The notes under the pieces were generated by a model. That model worked only from the letters and a program-made list of their open reading frames with translations. It ran no database searches and was not told the DNA's origin. Both the position numbers and the translations under genes were made by a program. A stretch of DNA of 64,000 nt, taken from NCBI GenBank assembly GCA_041665785.1, contig JBAYIE010000003.1, forward strand, positions 14,120 through 78,119, in the 5' to 3' direction. Source of the DNA: Bacteroidia bacterium (GTDB taxonomy: Bacteria; Bacteroidota; Bacteroidia; UKL13-3). Position 1 is the stretch's first letter; each line of letters opens with the position of its first letter. This document shows, piece by piece, positions 32,833 through 42,259 of the stretch.

Positions 32833-34392
32833 TTGAGTATGCTTGCACTAAAGCCTGTTAGAAGAGCGATTCATTCCGTAATTAAAGCAGCAATTTTTAT
32901 TGGGTTTCTGGTTAATGGGTCTCCACTCAAAGCGCAATGCCCCAATCCAGGTTATCTCATCGTGCTTCCCGACACTACACTGGTATATAAGTCAGATAGT
33001 ATTCTACTCCATGGAGGTTATGGTATGCTTACATATCAATGGAGCACGGGAGCAACCACCGAGCAAATATGGGTGAAGCAGGAAGGCAAGTACAAGGTAG
33101 ATGTAACCATGAATGGTGGAGTTTGCGGCTCCGATTCAACCGTGGTGTTGTTTTTTGATGGTATAACCGGAGGAGAACAATTCATTTGTTTGGGCGACAG
33201 TCTTCCATTAGCACTTGATCAAAGATGCTACAATATGCAATGGTCAACCGGTGACACCAGCTTGCAAATCAAGATTAAACCAGGTATTAATGAAAACATC
33301 TTTGCAAGCTTCTTATTTGGCAGCAAGTTGTTTTCTGATACCATTCAAGCCAGGGTGAATGCAAATCCTCCGGGCGAGCTCCAGTTTAGTAAAAGCAAAT
33401 TGTGTTCGAATGATTCCATTGCCTTGAAAGCTCCAGAAGGCAATTACAAATACACTTGGTTCAGAAACGATTCATTGCTTAACGACACTGCCGCAGGGAT
33501 AGTCATTCGATTTCCCCAACAAATTGAAGTGGTGGTAACAGATACAAACGGCTGTAAAACTAAGTCAGAAAAATTAATAGTAACGCTTGCGGAATTACCT
33601 CGAACAAAGATTATTCTTTTATCAGACTCCTTTCAGTGTGAAAATGATAATCGGTTTGTATTCAAAGATTTAACACAACTGGCCAATGGAACATACAATA
33701 CAAATTGGGATTTTGAGACCGATGATTTCTCACTTGATTCATTACCCGAGTGCCACTACACAGGCAGCAATGTGTTTTGGGTAAAACTATGGGTAACAAC
33801 TGAAAATGGTTGCATGGCAATTGATTCACAAAAAGTTTTGGTTGCAGCAAATCCTAATGTTGAGATAATAGGTGATTTTGCAATCTCGCGTAATGGGAAT
33901 GCTAACGAAAAGGAAACGCATACCTATACTGCAACTATTAGTGCCCTATCAAAGTATAATTGGAATTTAACATATGGTTATATTCTCTCAGGAGCAGGTA
34001 CAATGAAAATTGATGTTATTTGGGCGAATATGAAGAAGCGTTGGGGGAGTATTCAGTTGGTAGTAACAGACCCAAATGGTTGCATTGATTCTGTGGAGGA
34101 AATCGTATCTTTTTATATATCTGGATTAGAGGAACAGAGCCATCTTTCCGGCATGGTTCTTTCACCAAACCCAAACCATGGTACATTTCAATTAAAGTTT
34201 AAATACCCCTCCAATGAAGGATTTTCTATTGCCATTTGTGATTTAACCGGTAAAGAACAATGGAGTTCAGTGATTTCAGATTCGTTCATTCAAAACGATT
34301 TTAAAGTTAAAACGCATTTAAATCCCGGAATGTATACGGTCCATGTTCATCAGGGATCTCAACATTGGGTCGAGAAGATGGTGGTGGAATAA
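32833..34392 (+). CDS. Secreted protein with T9SS type A C-terminal sorting domain
   Basis: N-terminal signal peptide. C-terminal roughly 80 aa (…LSPNPNHGTFQLKF…NPGMYTVHVH…) matches the Por/T9SS CTD. Cys-rich beta-repeat modules. Confidence 0.8.
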   Translation: MSMLALKPVRRAIHSVIKAAIFIGFLVNGSPLKAQCPNPGYLIVLPDTTLVYKSDSILLHGGYGMLTYQWSTGATTEQIWVKQEGKYKVDVTMNGGVCGSDSTVVLFFDGITGGEQFICLGDSLPLALDQRCYNMQWSTGDTSLQIKIKPGINENIFASFLFGSKLFSDTIQARVNANPPGELQFSKSKLCSNDSIALKAPEGNYKYTWFRNDSLLNDTAAGIVIRFPQQIEVVVTDTNGCKTKSEKLIVTLAELPRTKIILLSDSFQCENDNRFVFKDLTQLANGTYNTNWDFETDDFSLDSLPECHYTGSNVFWVKLWVTTENGCMAIDSQKVLVAANPNVEIIGDFAISRNGNANEKETHTYTATISALSKYNWNLTYGYILSGAGTMKIDVIWANMKKRWGSIQLVVTDPNGCIDSVEEIVSFYISGLEEQSHLSGMVLSPNPNHGTFQLKFKYPSNEGFSIAICDLTGKEQWSSVISDSFIQNDFKVKTHLNPGMYTVHVHQGSQHWVEKMVVE

Positions 34393-34437
34393 ATGAGATA
34401 TACACAATGCGTTTCTGTTATGAGTATGAACAAAATT

Positions 34438-35145
34438 TCAGTCAAAAACCTGCAAAAATATCAACACATAATACAAACCGGTGAGTATAAATAGAAGTCC
34501 GGCAATGATCCGCATCATCTTCTCTGTTTTTTGTATGGCTTTAAAATAAACTCCGAGTTTTTCAATACTATAAGCAATTACAAAGGCAAATGCCATCACC
34601 GGTAATCCGGTTCCAACTGAAAACAAAACGGGTAATGCCAGTCCGGAAGATAAAGTCATGGGTATAAGCATGGCAAAAAACAGTACTCCACTGTAAGGAC
34701 AAAAGGCCAGGGCGAAAATAACACCCAATAAAAACGATCCGGACATGCCTTTGTCTTTGAATTTATCCGATAGTTTTTCCGTTAAATTTCCGAAGGCGGG
34801 GAGTTTTGGTTTGAAAATATCCAGCATAATCAGCCCTATAATTATCATTACAGGACCAATCAGTTTTTCACCATTCCCCTGAAATAGTTTAGCCACCTGA
34901 AATTTACTGGCACCGAAATAGATGAGCGCGCTTAATGTGGTGTATGAAAACATACGACCCAGGGTGTAGAGTAATCCGCTTAACACTACTTTTCTCCTGC
35001 TTTGTATGGTCTTGGCTATATAGGCCGTGGCAGTAATATTGGTAGCCAGGGGGCAGGGACTGATCGCCGTGAGCAATCCCAGCGCGAAAGCTGCCAACAG
35101 AGGCGTTTCACTGTTTTGGGCAAATTCAGTTAACCATTCCATCAT
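34438..35145 (-). CDS. DsbD_2/CcdA-like thiol-disulfide membrane transporter (possible ArsG-type permease)
   Basis: 6 TM with paired Cys motifs AISPCPL (TM1) and AFCPYSG (TM4). Last gene of the arsR cluster. Confidence 0.7.
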   Translation of the reverse strand: MMEWLTEFAQNSETPLLAAFALGLLTAISPCPLATNITATAYIAKTIQSRRKVVLSGLLYTLGRMFSYTTLSALIYFGASKFQVAKLFQGNGEKLIGPVMIIIGLIMLDIFKPKLPAFGNLTEKLSDKFKDKGMSGSFLLGVIFALAFCPYSGVLFFAMLIPMTLSSGLALPVLFSVGTGLPVMAFAFVIAYSIEKLGVYFKAIQKTEKMMRIIAGLLFILTGLYYVLIFLQVFD

Positions 35146-35549
35146 TAACCTTTGATAAAATCCTCAATATATTTTTTGAGTTCTGCTTCAAATTTTACTT
35201 CATCACCGGCCTTCATAAATGCAAAATCCGTCAGGTCTTTCTTTTTACCTGTTTTCGGATTGTATAAAAACAAAGCTGTTCCGCTTGCTTCAAATGCCTC
35301 GGCCATTTTAGAATTCTTATTATCATCCACATTCACCAACCGGAAGGGAATGGATTTAAAATGTTTGTCTAAAGTGGCTTTTGTAAGGGTCTCAATTTTT
35401 AAACAGGTTTTGCAGCGATGTTCGGAGTGGAATTGAATCACTTCAATGGTACCGGTTTGTGATGTTGAAATGCTTTGTTGTGCATTTCCATTGCAGGCGG
35501 TGAACATAAAGGCGGTGAATGAAAGCAGCGTGATACGAAATAGTTTCAT
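35145..35549 (-). CDS. Thioredoxin-fold-like lipoprotein with CxxC motif
   Basis: Lipobox (…MFTAC) and CKTC redox-type motif in a beta-strand context (IEVIQFHSEHRCKTCLKIE). 134 aa. Confidence 0.5.
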   Translation of the reverse strand: MKLFRITLLSFTAFMFTACNGNAQQSISTSQTGTIEVIQFHSEHRCKTCLKIETLTKATLDKHFKSIPFRLVNVDDNKNSKMAEAFEASGTALFLYNPKTGKKKDLTDFAFMKAGDEVKFEAELKKYIEDFIKG

Positions 35550-35559
35550 ACAATAATTA

Positions 35560-36534
35560 TTATAAGATGATATTGAATAAGTAACCCGACAAGATCATAA
35601 AGAGGGCAATGGTACCAAAGTAAATAGCAATCAATTTCCAGTTCATTACCTTTTTCAGCAACATGGCTTCGGGTAATGATAATCCGATGACTCCCATCAT
35701 AAAAGCAATGGCTGTTCCAAGGGGTACACCTTTGGCCACCAATACCTGCACTACCGGTATCACTCCGGCAGCATTGCTATACATAGGAATTCCGATGAAT
35801 ACTGCAAGAGGTACTGCGTACCATTGGCCTTTATTGATGTATTGCTCAAAAAATCCTGTCGGTAAATAACCATGCATGAATCCACCAACTGCAATACCCA
35901 GGATGATGTATACGGAGACTCCTTTTACAATATGGAGAGCGTCCTTGAAAATTAGCGGCAAACGTTGTAAAAGGGTGAGTTTTACTTCCTGCAATTGCTC
36001 TTCTGTTTTTGCATTTGCAATCACACCTTGTGCCCAGGTTGAAAGTTGTTTTTCCAGTTTCAATTTTCCCAATATAAATCCACCGATGATGCCCAACGCA
36101 ATCCCGGTTAGCACATACCATGCTGTAACTTTAAAACCAAAAGCACCTGCAAAAATGGCGATGGCAACTTCATTTACCAATGGGGCAGTAATCAGATAAG
36201 TAAATGTAATACCCAAAGGAATCCCACCTTTAACAAATCCGATAAAAAGTGGCACCGATGAGCAGGAGCAGAATGGAGTGATTACCCCGAATGATGAGGC
36301 AAAGAGGTATTCCAATCCAAACAATTTATTCCGGCTTAAAAAATTACGGACTTTGTCGACCGGGAAATACGAGTTTACAATTCCCATGATCGTTGTAATG
36401 GCAAAAAGCAGTATGAAAATCTTAAGGGTGTCGAACACAAAAAAGTTTAGTGCTTCACCCAAATGACTTTGAGGCGAAATGCCAAAGACGGTATAGATCA
36501 GCCAATCGGCAAAATATTGAAGTCCGTTAAACAT
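35560..36534 (-). CDS. arsP: DUF318 family permease with TPFCSC motif (ArsP-like organoarsenical efflux permease family)
   Basis: 8-10 TM and ITPFCSCSSVP motif, characteristic of ArsP/PF03773 permeases. Confidence 0.75.
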   Translation of the reverse strand: MFNGLQYFADWLIYTVFGISPQSHLGEALNFFVFDTLKIFILLFAITTIMGIVNSYFPVDKVRNFLSRNKLFGLEYLFASSFGVITPFCSCSSVPLFIGFVKGGIPLGITFTYLITAPLVNEVAIAIFAGAFGFKVTAWYVLTGIALGIIGGFILGKLKLEKQLSTWAQGVIANAKTEEQLQEVKLTLLQRLPLIFKDALHIVKGVSVYIILGIAVGGFMHGYLPTGFFEQYINKGQWYAVPLAVFIGIPMYSNAAGVIPVVQVLVAKGVPLGTAIAFMMGVIGLSLPEAMLLKKVMNWKLIAIYFGTIALFMILSGYLFNIIL

Positions 36535-36615
36535 GAGAAAAATACTTTTCTGTCCATAAATTCATATGTCCTTTTACTATGCAGATCAGTTTGCTGAAAG
36601 TGTTACGGGTACTGT

Positions 36616-36855
36616 TCATTCTTTGCTTAAGAATTGCATGATCTCCTGAACATTGGCTACGCGTCCCTTTACTTTAATAACTTCATCAATAATCAATACA
36701 GGCGTGGTAAGAATATTGTATTTCATCATTTCTTCAATGTCTTCCACTTTTATAACCTCTGCTTCTATACCCGAATGTTTTACGGCTTCAAGCACGTTAT
36801 TGTAGGTGGTTTTGCATTTGGCACAACCGGGTCCTAATACTTTGATTGTTTTCAT
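36616..36855 (-). CDS. Thioredoxin family protein (redox-active disulfide protein 2-type, about 79 aa)
   Basis: MKTIKVLGPGCAKCKTTYNNV… with CxxC and C-terminal …TPVLIIDEVIKVKGRV…. Confidence 0.75.
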   Translation of the reverse strand: MKTIKVLGPGCAKCKTTYNNVLEAVKHSGIEAEVIKVEDIEEMMKYNILTTPVLIIDEVIKVKGRVANVQEIMQFLSKE

Positions 36856-36877
36856 TGGAGATTGGATGGATGTAAAT

Positions 36878-36898
36878 CAGTTCGCAAAAATACGAATG
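36878..36898. promoter_or_regulatory. Putative ArsR operator copy 2 (arsR–trx intergenic region)
   Basis: cagttcgcaaaaatacgaatg. Matches 18 of 19 positions of the motif upstream of arsR and has TTCG…CGAA dyad ends. Confidence 0.5.
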
Positions 36899-36933
36899 AA
36901 AAAGAATGAACCGGATAAGGTTATTTACTGATT

Positions 36934-37233
36934 TTAATCAAAGAATCCGATGAGCAAACCTTTGGCCAGATTCCAATGTTCGCGGTTGATACAATACTTA
37001 ATTTTAGGAGGAGTGATTTCACCCTGAATCAAACCGGCTTCTTTCAATACCTTTAAATGTTGCGACAAGGTACTGTGTGCAATGGGTAGCTCTTCAGCCA
37101 TATCGCCATGGTAGCAACAACTCTGGCGTGAAAGCAACTGTAGAATGGAAACCCTGACAGGATGCCCCATCGCATTGGCGTATTTCGAAATAAGTTCCTG
37201 ATTTCGGGTATATTTCTCCTTATTGGATTTCAT
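36934..37233 (-). CDS. arsR: ArsR/SmtB family metalloregulatory transcriptional repressor
   Basis: wHTH …VSILQLLSRQSCCYHGDMAEELPIAHSTLSQHLKVLKEAGLI… with a CC metal(loid)-binding pair. Confidence 0.85.
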   Translation of the reverse strand: MKSNKEKYTRNQELISKYANAMGHPVRVSILQLLSRQSCCYHGDMAEELPIAHSTLSQHLKVLKEAGLIQGEITPPKIKYCINREHWNLAKGLLIGFFD

Positions 37234-37250
37234 GGTTTTGGGTATTGAGA

Positions 37251-37271
37251 AGTTCGCAAATATACGAAATG
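37251..37271. promoter_or_regulatory. Putative ArsR operator copy 1 (upstream of arsR)
   Basis: agttcgcaaatatacgaaatg, 18-38 bp upstream of the arsR start. Confidence 0.5.
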
Positions 37272-37424
37272 TAGAACGTTGTAGAAAACCCTGACGTCAA
37301 ATTTGGTTGATTGACTGAATTGAAGTGAAACGTAATCTGTTTCAATAAACCAGATTATAACTGATGAGAAATCGAATAAAAAAAGCGGACAATCTCATGC
37401 CCGCTTTTATGCATTCATGTGTGT

Positions 37425-37772
37425 TTAAACCTGCTTCTGCGATAATAGGTGGGAGAAAATAAAAAGTGCTCCGATCAAAAAAACAGGTAATCCGATCACC
37501 AAAATCCAGTTGAGATGATCAAGCGATTTAAAGCTATAGGCAAACCCGAGCAGGATAAAGAGAATTCCGCCAAACAGCGGTTTCTTCCAACTGATAAGCA
37601 ACATGACAAGTATGAGCAAAGTTGGAAGCAGATGCATGAACAAGCCCGGGTAATCTGCAGTTACCGGATGGTCAGTATTAAAAGCGTCCATGGCAAACAA
37701 AGAGACAAAACAGGTTAGCAGGATACCCAATACACGGGGTGTCCAAAGCAGGATGTTTTTAAGGTTCATCAT
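37425..37772 (-). CDS. Small membrane protein (3-4 TM), unknown function
   Basis: 115 aa, hydrophobic throughout. Confidence 0.45.
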   Translation of the reverse strand: MMNLKNILLWTPRVLGILLTCFVSLFAMDAFNTDHPVTADYPGLFMHLLPTLLILVMLLISWKKPLFGGILFILLGFAYSFKSLDHLNWILVIGLPVFLIGALFIFSHLLSQKQV

Positions 37773-37791
37773 TTTTTGATTTTTAAATTAG

Positions 37792-38337
37792 TTAAGATTT
37801 TGAAGTGACCTGTTTGCCGTTTTTATCCAGCATCAGGTGTTGGCCTTTTTCAAATGTTTTACCTTCATAGGTAAAGTCTGTGGATAGTTTGCATTGAGCC
37901 AGTTTTCCGTTTTCATAAAAATGCACTCCGGCGCTTCCTCCCGTAACATCGCTCCAGAAGGAGGCTGCCGAACAAGGAATACCCTGAATGATTTCATCTT
38001 CTTCGAGCCAGAGCAATTTAGGTTGCCCGTTTGGATAAATGCATTGCATCCAATCATGGCCATGTCCTTTGCATAAGTGACCATTGAGCAAGGTGGGTTT
38101 TTCAAGAAAGAAGAAGCGCAGGGTTTGGTCAGGGTTAAAGCAAACTACTGTTTGATCCGGTAATTCAAGTTGCGAGACGATTTGCGCTTTAGCCAGGCTG
38201 CACACTTCCAGATTTCCATTGGCATAGTATTTTACCTGACCGGTACATTCTATGCCTTGCACCTTTTGAGTTTTGGTCTGAGCCATGAGCAGACCCGGCA
38301 ATAAAATAAGTAAATAAACCAGAGATTTTGTTTTCAT
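37792..38337 (-). CDS. Secreted Cys-containing protein with MORN-variant-like repeats (YxNGxL…)
   Basis: ORF trimmed to MKTKSLVYLLILLPGLLMAQ signal peptide. Repeats YANGNLEV / YPNGQPKL / YENGKLAQ. Confidence 0.45.
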   Translation of the reverse strand: MKTKSLVYLLILLPGLLMAQTKTQKVQGIECTGQVKYYANGNLEVCSLAKAQIVSQLELPDQTVVCFNPDQTLRFFFLEKPTLLNGHLCKGHGHDWMQCIYPNGQPKLLWLEEDEIIQGIPCSAASFWSDVTGGSAGVHFYENGKLAQCKLSTDFTYEGKTFEKGQHLMLDKNGKQVTSKS

Positions 38338-38499
38338 ATAATTTGAATTGTTTTTACACCTGCAAGGTTCTGAAACAATCAATGAAAGTGGAAAAGGATC
38401 GATGCTAAAGAGCACAAAAGAGTTGGCTGAAATTGCTTAGGCAAAAGCTGTTGTTTGCATTTTTTGCAAATCCGGAACGGGTGCAGCGTAATTCTTTTC

Positions 38500-38967
38500 T
38501 TAGATCGACCGGCAAACCGGATGGCAATGTACCGTGAAGTTTACCGAATTCGCAATGTAACAGATCGCATGCGCCTTGTGATGCAATGCGATGGCCATGT
38601 CTATCATGGAAGCTTCGGCTACAACCATTTCCGGGTGCAGGGTTACCTCCTTGAATTGGCCTCCACCTAGTTCGTTTTCGATCATAGTACCGGTAGCGTT
38701 ATCCGTGTATTCTATTATTACAATTCCTTCGAGTGCGCATACATATAAATACGAAAGCATATGACAGGAAGAAATGGCCGTAACCAGCAAGTCTTCCGGA
38801 TTCAGTTTGCTTTTATCACCAACCGCTGCATTATCCGTGGTGAGATGCAAGTCGGGTTTACCGGCAATGGAAACGGTATGACTGCGTTCATAATTACGAA
38901 CTCCGGAAGTTCCCAAGCCTGTATTGCCGGTCCAAACGGTCTTTAAGGCATAATGATGTTCCTTCAT
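38500..38967 (-). CDS. OsmC/Ohr family peroxiredoxin-like protein
   Basis: 155 aa with two conserved Cys regions (…AISSCHMLSY… and …HCHPV…) typical of OsmC. Confidence 0.8.
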   Translation of the reverse strand: MKEHHYALKTVWTGNTGLGTSGVRNYERSHTVSIAGKPDLHLTTDNAAVGDKSKLNPEDLLVTAISSCHMLSYLYVCALEGIVIIEYTDNATGTMIENELGGGQFKEVTLHPEMVVAEASMIDMAIALHHKAHAICYIANSVNFTVHCHPVCRSI

Positions 38968-39063
38968 GTGCTATTGATTGAAATGCAAATTTGCGGATTT
39001 TGATCATAACCCAAAGCCATTCATTCCGTTATATTTGGACAGGAAATCATTTGATAGAATTCT

Positions 39064-39291
39064 ATGGAAATTGAAGTTTTGCTCGGTTGGGTAGGTGCAT
39101 TTGCTTTGTTAATCAGTTACCTGTTGAATGCATTCAGTATTTGGAAGAATACGCAGTTGATCTATAAATTGATGAATTTACTGGGGGCTGTTTGTTTGAT
39201 TGTAAATGCCATTTCACTGCAGGCTTATCCATTTATTCTGATCAATGCCATGTGGATTGTTGTGGCTGTGGTTTCGATTGTTAGGAAATGA
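39064..39291 (+). CDS. Small 2-TM membrane protein
   Basis: 75 aa with two hydrophobic helices. Confidence 0.4.
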   Translation: MEIEVLLGWVGAFALLISYLLNAFSIWKNTQLIYKLMNLLGAVCLIVNAISLQAYPFILINAMWIVVAVVSIVRK

Positions 39292-39308
39292 AGAATGAAG
39301 AATGAAAA

Positions 39309-40394
39309 ATGAAGATTTGTCTTAGAAATATAATTGCGCTGATTGTTTTTATTTTATCACCTTTTTGGATATTCGGGCAAGAGGATACGACACGCATGAG
39401 TCCTTTTACACTGAGTGCATTTGCAGAAGTGTTTTATTGTTATGATCTGAACAAACCTGTAGCACCTGAACGGCAGAATTTTATGTATTCATACAACAGG
39501 CACAATGAGCCGGCACTTAATCTGGGAGTTATCTACCTGGCCGGCGAAGGGGAGCGTTGGCGCACCGGTTTGGGATTGATGACAGGAACCTATGCCGTAG
39601 ATAACCTGAAAAAAGAGCGTGGAATTGCAAAATATATTTTTGAATCCGTGGCTGGAGTTAAGCTCTTTAAAGATAAAAATATTTGGCTCGATGCCGGTGT
39701 GTTCTCATCGCATATCGGATTTGAATATGCGGTTTCTTCAGCCGACAACTGGACTTTAACCCGAAGCTTAATGGCCGATAATTCGCCCTACTATGAAAGC
39801 GGAGCGAAACTTACTTTTATCCATCAAAAATGGTTGTTTAGTTTGCTTGCACTGAATGGCTGGCAAAGCATACGACGTCAGCCCCTTGCATTCGGACATC
39901 AGCTCACCTATAAACCAGACGATCAAACCCTTCTTAACAGCAGTTCTTTTATCGGACAAATGGAAATGGGAGCAAGCAGACCCTTACGTATTTTTCACAA
40001 CGCATATGCACAGTGTCAATTAAACTCAAAATGGGAAATGCTATTAGGGTTGGATGCAGGTGCGCAGGAAAAGTTGTTTCAAAAGGATTACGCGAAATGG
40101 ATCACTGTGGTTTTGCAATCGAAATATGCGATTCATAAACAAGTATCACTAGCTGCACGCATGGAATATTTTCACGACCCGGATGAAGTTGTGATTTCTA
40201 CTACTGCGTCAAATGGTTTTACCGTTGTAGGTTATTCGCTGAATGCCGATTATCGCATGAGATCCTGGATAACCTGGAGAATAGAAGGACGAGCTTTTGC
40301 AGGAAGCAACAACTATTTTATAAAAGACGGCAATGCTACAGATCAAAATCTTTTTTTTACGATTTCGTGCCTTTTGGGAGGAATTAATAACTAA
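39309..40394 (+). CDS. Putative outer-membrane beta-barrel/porin-like protein
   Basis: Signal peptide, alternating amphipathic beta-strand pattern, aromatic-rich C-terminus. Confidence 0.55.
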   Translation: MKICLRNIIALIVFILSPFWIFGQEDTTRMSPFTLSAFAEVFYCYDLNKPVAPERQNFMYSYNRHNEPALNLGVIYLAGEGERWRTGLGLMTGTYAVDNLKKERGIAKYIFESVAGVKLFKDKNIWLDAGVFSSHIGFEYAVSSADNWTLTRSLMADNSPYYESGAKLTFIHQKWLFSLLALNGWQSIRRQPLAFGHQLTYKPDDQTLLNSSSFIGQMEMGASRPLRIFHNAYAQCQLNSKWEMLLGLDAGAQEKLFQKDYAKWITVVLQSKYAIHKQVSLAARMEYFHDPDEVVISTTASNGFTVVGYSLNADYRMRSWITWRIEGRAFAGSNNYFIKDGNATDQNLFFTISCLLGGINN

Positions 40395-40420
40395 TTACGA
40401 ATTACAAATTACGGATTACG

Positions 40421-40705
40421 AAGTACGAAGTAGCTTACCAGAAGATTGTTCCTAAGTAGTGAATTTCGATTAACCATTAACTTAATAACGAATAACGAAT
40501 TACTAAGTACGAAGTAGCTAACCAGAAGATTGTTCCTAAGTAGTGAATTTCGATTAACCATTAACTTAATAACGAATAACGAATGACTAAGTACGAAGTA
40601 GCTAACCAGAAGATTGTTCCTAAGTAGTGAATTTCGATTAACCATTAACTTAATAACGAATAACGAATTTCTAAGTACGAAGTAGCTAACCAGAAGAAGA
40701 TTTCT
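40421..40705. repeat. 84-bp tandem repeat, about 3.4 copies, each with the TTAACCATTAACTTAATAACGAATAACGAAT module
   Basis: Units at 40421-40504, 40505-40588 and 40589-40672 plus a partial unit. They are over 95% identical, with variation mainly in the last 4 nt (tact/gact/ttct). Flanked by shorter related repeats. Confidence 0.9.
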
Positions 40706-40743
40706 GGGTGGAAAATAACTATTAACAAATAACCCAATAACTA

Positions 40744-41517
40744 TTAACCCAATAAGTTTCCCTCCAGCTCGGGGTACATTATTTCTTCCGTAATTTCCTC
40801 AACATCGCCTATATATTCTTTGCCTCGCAGTCGACGTACCGTATAGGCTTCAAGCTCTTTATCGCTGAAGGGGATTAATAGTTGTTTCAGGTTTTCTTCT
40901 GTATCTTGTTTGAGCCATTCGTCTTGTTTATTCTTTGGCAGAATTACCGGCATACGTGGGCCATCGGCTTTGGGGTTGTTGTGAATACGAGCCAGTAAAT
41001 CATTGCCATTCGTAGTAACGATAGTAGTGGTTTCAAAAAATTCTCCTGTTTCCGGATCGGTCCATTCTTCCCAAATGCCGGCAAATGTAATTGGTTCGTG
41101 ATTTTTAAAGCGTATGCGAAACGGATAGGTTTTGTTTTTCAGGTGATGGTGTTCATAGAATGCATCTACCATAATCAAACAACGTCGTTGATGGGCTGCA
41201 TGACGGAATGAAGGTTTTTCAAACAAGGTTTCTGCCCGTGCATTCAGGGTATGATTCCAGATAGTAAGGGCCTCTTCCCGCGATTTAACCCAGGGTGGAA
41301 TCAATCCCCAGGTGAAGAGTTTTGGAGTATAGGGCTCGGCATTGGTGAAAACCAACAGTTTCGGATGACTAAATGCATTGACATGGTAATGAGCCTCTGA
41401 TTCGCCCTTGAGCAAAGCTAATTTGCGCTCCAATTCGGCAATAAATTCCGGATCCTCGCTTCGATGGCGGGCATATTTCAACTGCGCTTCGGTTAATGAA
41501 GTTACGTCGTAACACAT
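40744..41517 (-). CDS. SOS-response associated peptidase (SRAP/YedK, abasic-site processing protein)
   Basis: ORF trimmed to the Met preceding catalytic Cys2 (MCYDVT…). Conserved …NARAETL… and …RCLIMVDAFYEH… segments. Confidence 0.75.
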   Translation of the reverse strand: MCYDVTSLTEAQLKYARHRSEDPEFIAELERKLALLKGESEAHYHVNAFSHPKLLVFTNAEPYTPKLFTWGLIPPWVKSREEALTIWNHTLNARAETLFEKPSFRHAAHQRRCLIMVDAFYEHHHLKNKTYPFRIRFKNHEPITFAGIWEEWTDPETGEFFETTTIVTTNGNDLLARIHNNPKADGPRMPVILPKNKQDEWLKQDTEENLKQLLIPFSDKELEAYTVRRLRGKEYIGDVEEITEEIMYPELEGNLLG

Positions 41518-41742
41518 GGTAGAAAGATAGGAATAATATTTTAGGAACAAGTGTGATAGGAAATACCTGCAAAATGAAAATTCAGAGCTTTTTGTAAGGC
41601 TTTTAAATGGGTTAATAAAGTTGGTTTTGTTGACATAAATCAAACAATTAGATGACGAATATTTTAGTGAAAATTAAGGGTAAGATTTTAACTTTGATAC
41701 CCACATTAGAGTTCATTTGTTTCACTTTTAAACGTTACTATT

Positions 41743-42162
41743 ATGGCACTCTTACAAAAAGCAATCCCAACCTTTCCAACTTTATCCGATTTCTTCGACG
41801 ATGACTGGTTCAATACCAAATTCAAAAACGGACATGCATTGCCTGCAATCAATGTAATCAACAACGAAAAAAGCTATGAAGTAGAATTGGCTGCGCCGGG
41901 ATTCAACAAAGAGGATTTTGAAATTTCGGTTGAAAATGGCGTCTTAACCATTTCTGCTAAATCGGAAAAAGAAGAAGAAGAGAAAAAGAAAAACTTCACC
42001 CGCAAGGAGTTCAGTTCACGCGCCTTTAGCAATTCCTTTACCCTTCCAGAAAATATTGACGCTGATCATATAGAGGCTTCACATAAAAATGGCGTATTGC
42101 ATATGACCATTCTAAAGACCACACAAGCTATGCCGGCAAAGAAGCAAGTGAAGGTGTTGTAG
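41743..42162 (+). CDS. Hsp20/alpha-crystallin family small heat-shock protein
   Basis: 139 aa with an alpha-crystallin domain (…GVLTISAKSEKEEEE…, …NGVLHMTI…). Confidence 0.9.
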   Translation: MALLQKAIPTFPTLSDFFDDDWFNTKFKNGHALPAINVINNEKSYEVELAAPGFNKEDFEISVENGVLTISAKSEKEEEEKKKNFTRKEFSSRAFSNSFTLPENIDADHIEASHKNGVLHMTILKTTQAMPAKKQVKVL

Positions 42163-42176
42163 GAGTTAAAAATAAA

Positions 42177-42201
42177 AAGTCCCGCGAGGGACTTTTTTAT
42201 T
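42177..42201. terminator. Bidirectional rho-independent terminator after hsp20
   Basis: aagtccc-gcga-gggactt perfect hairpin between an A-run and a T-run. Confidence 0.7.
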
Positions 42202-42259
42202 GCTTACACCCATTAGCCAATTACCTTCGATACAGAATTCGCGTGAATGCCTACTTAAA

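Noticed and set aside
40409-40645. 78-aa minus-strand ORF with a 28-aa repeating peptide (MVNRNSLLRNNLLVSYFVLSNSLFVIKL x3)
   Set aside because: It is the in-frame translation of the 84-bp tandem repeat. Low-complexity, no start context, overlaps convergent gene ends. Treated as a non-coding repeat.
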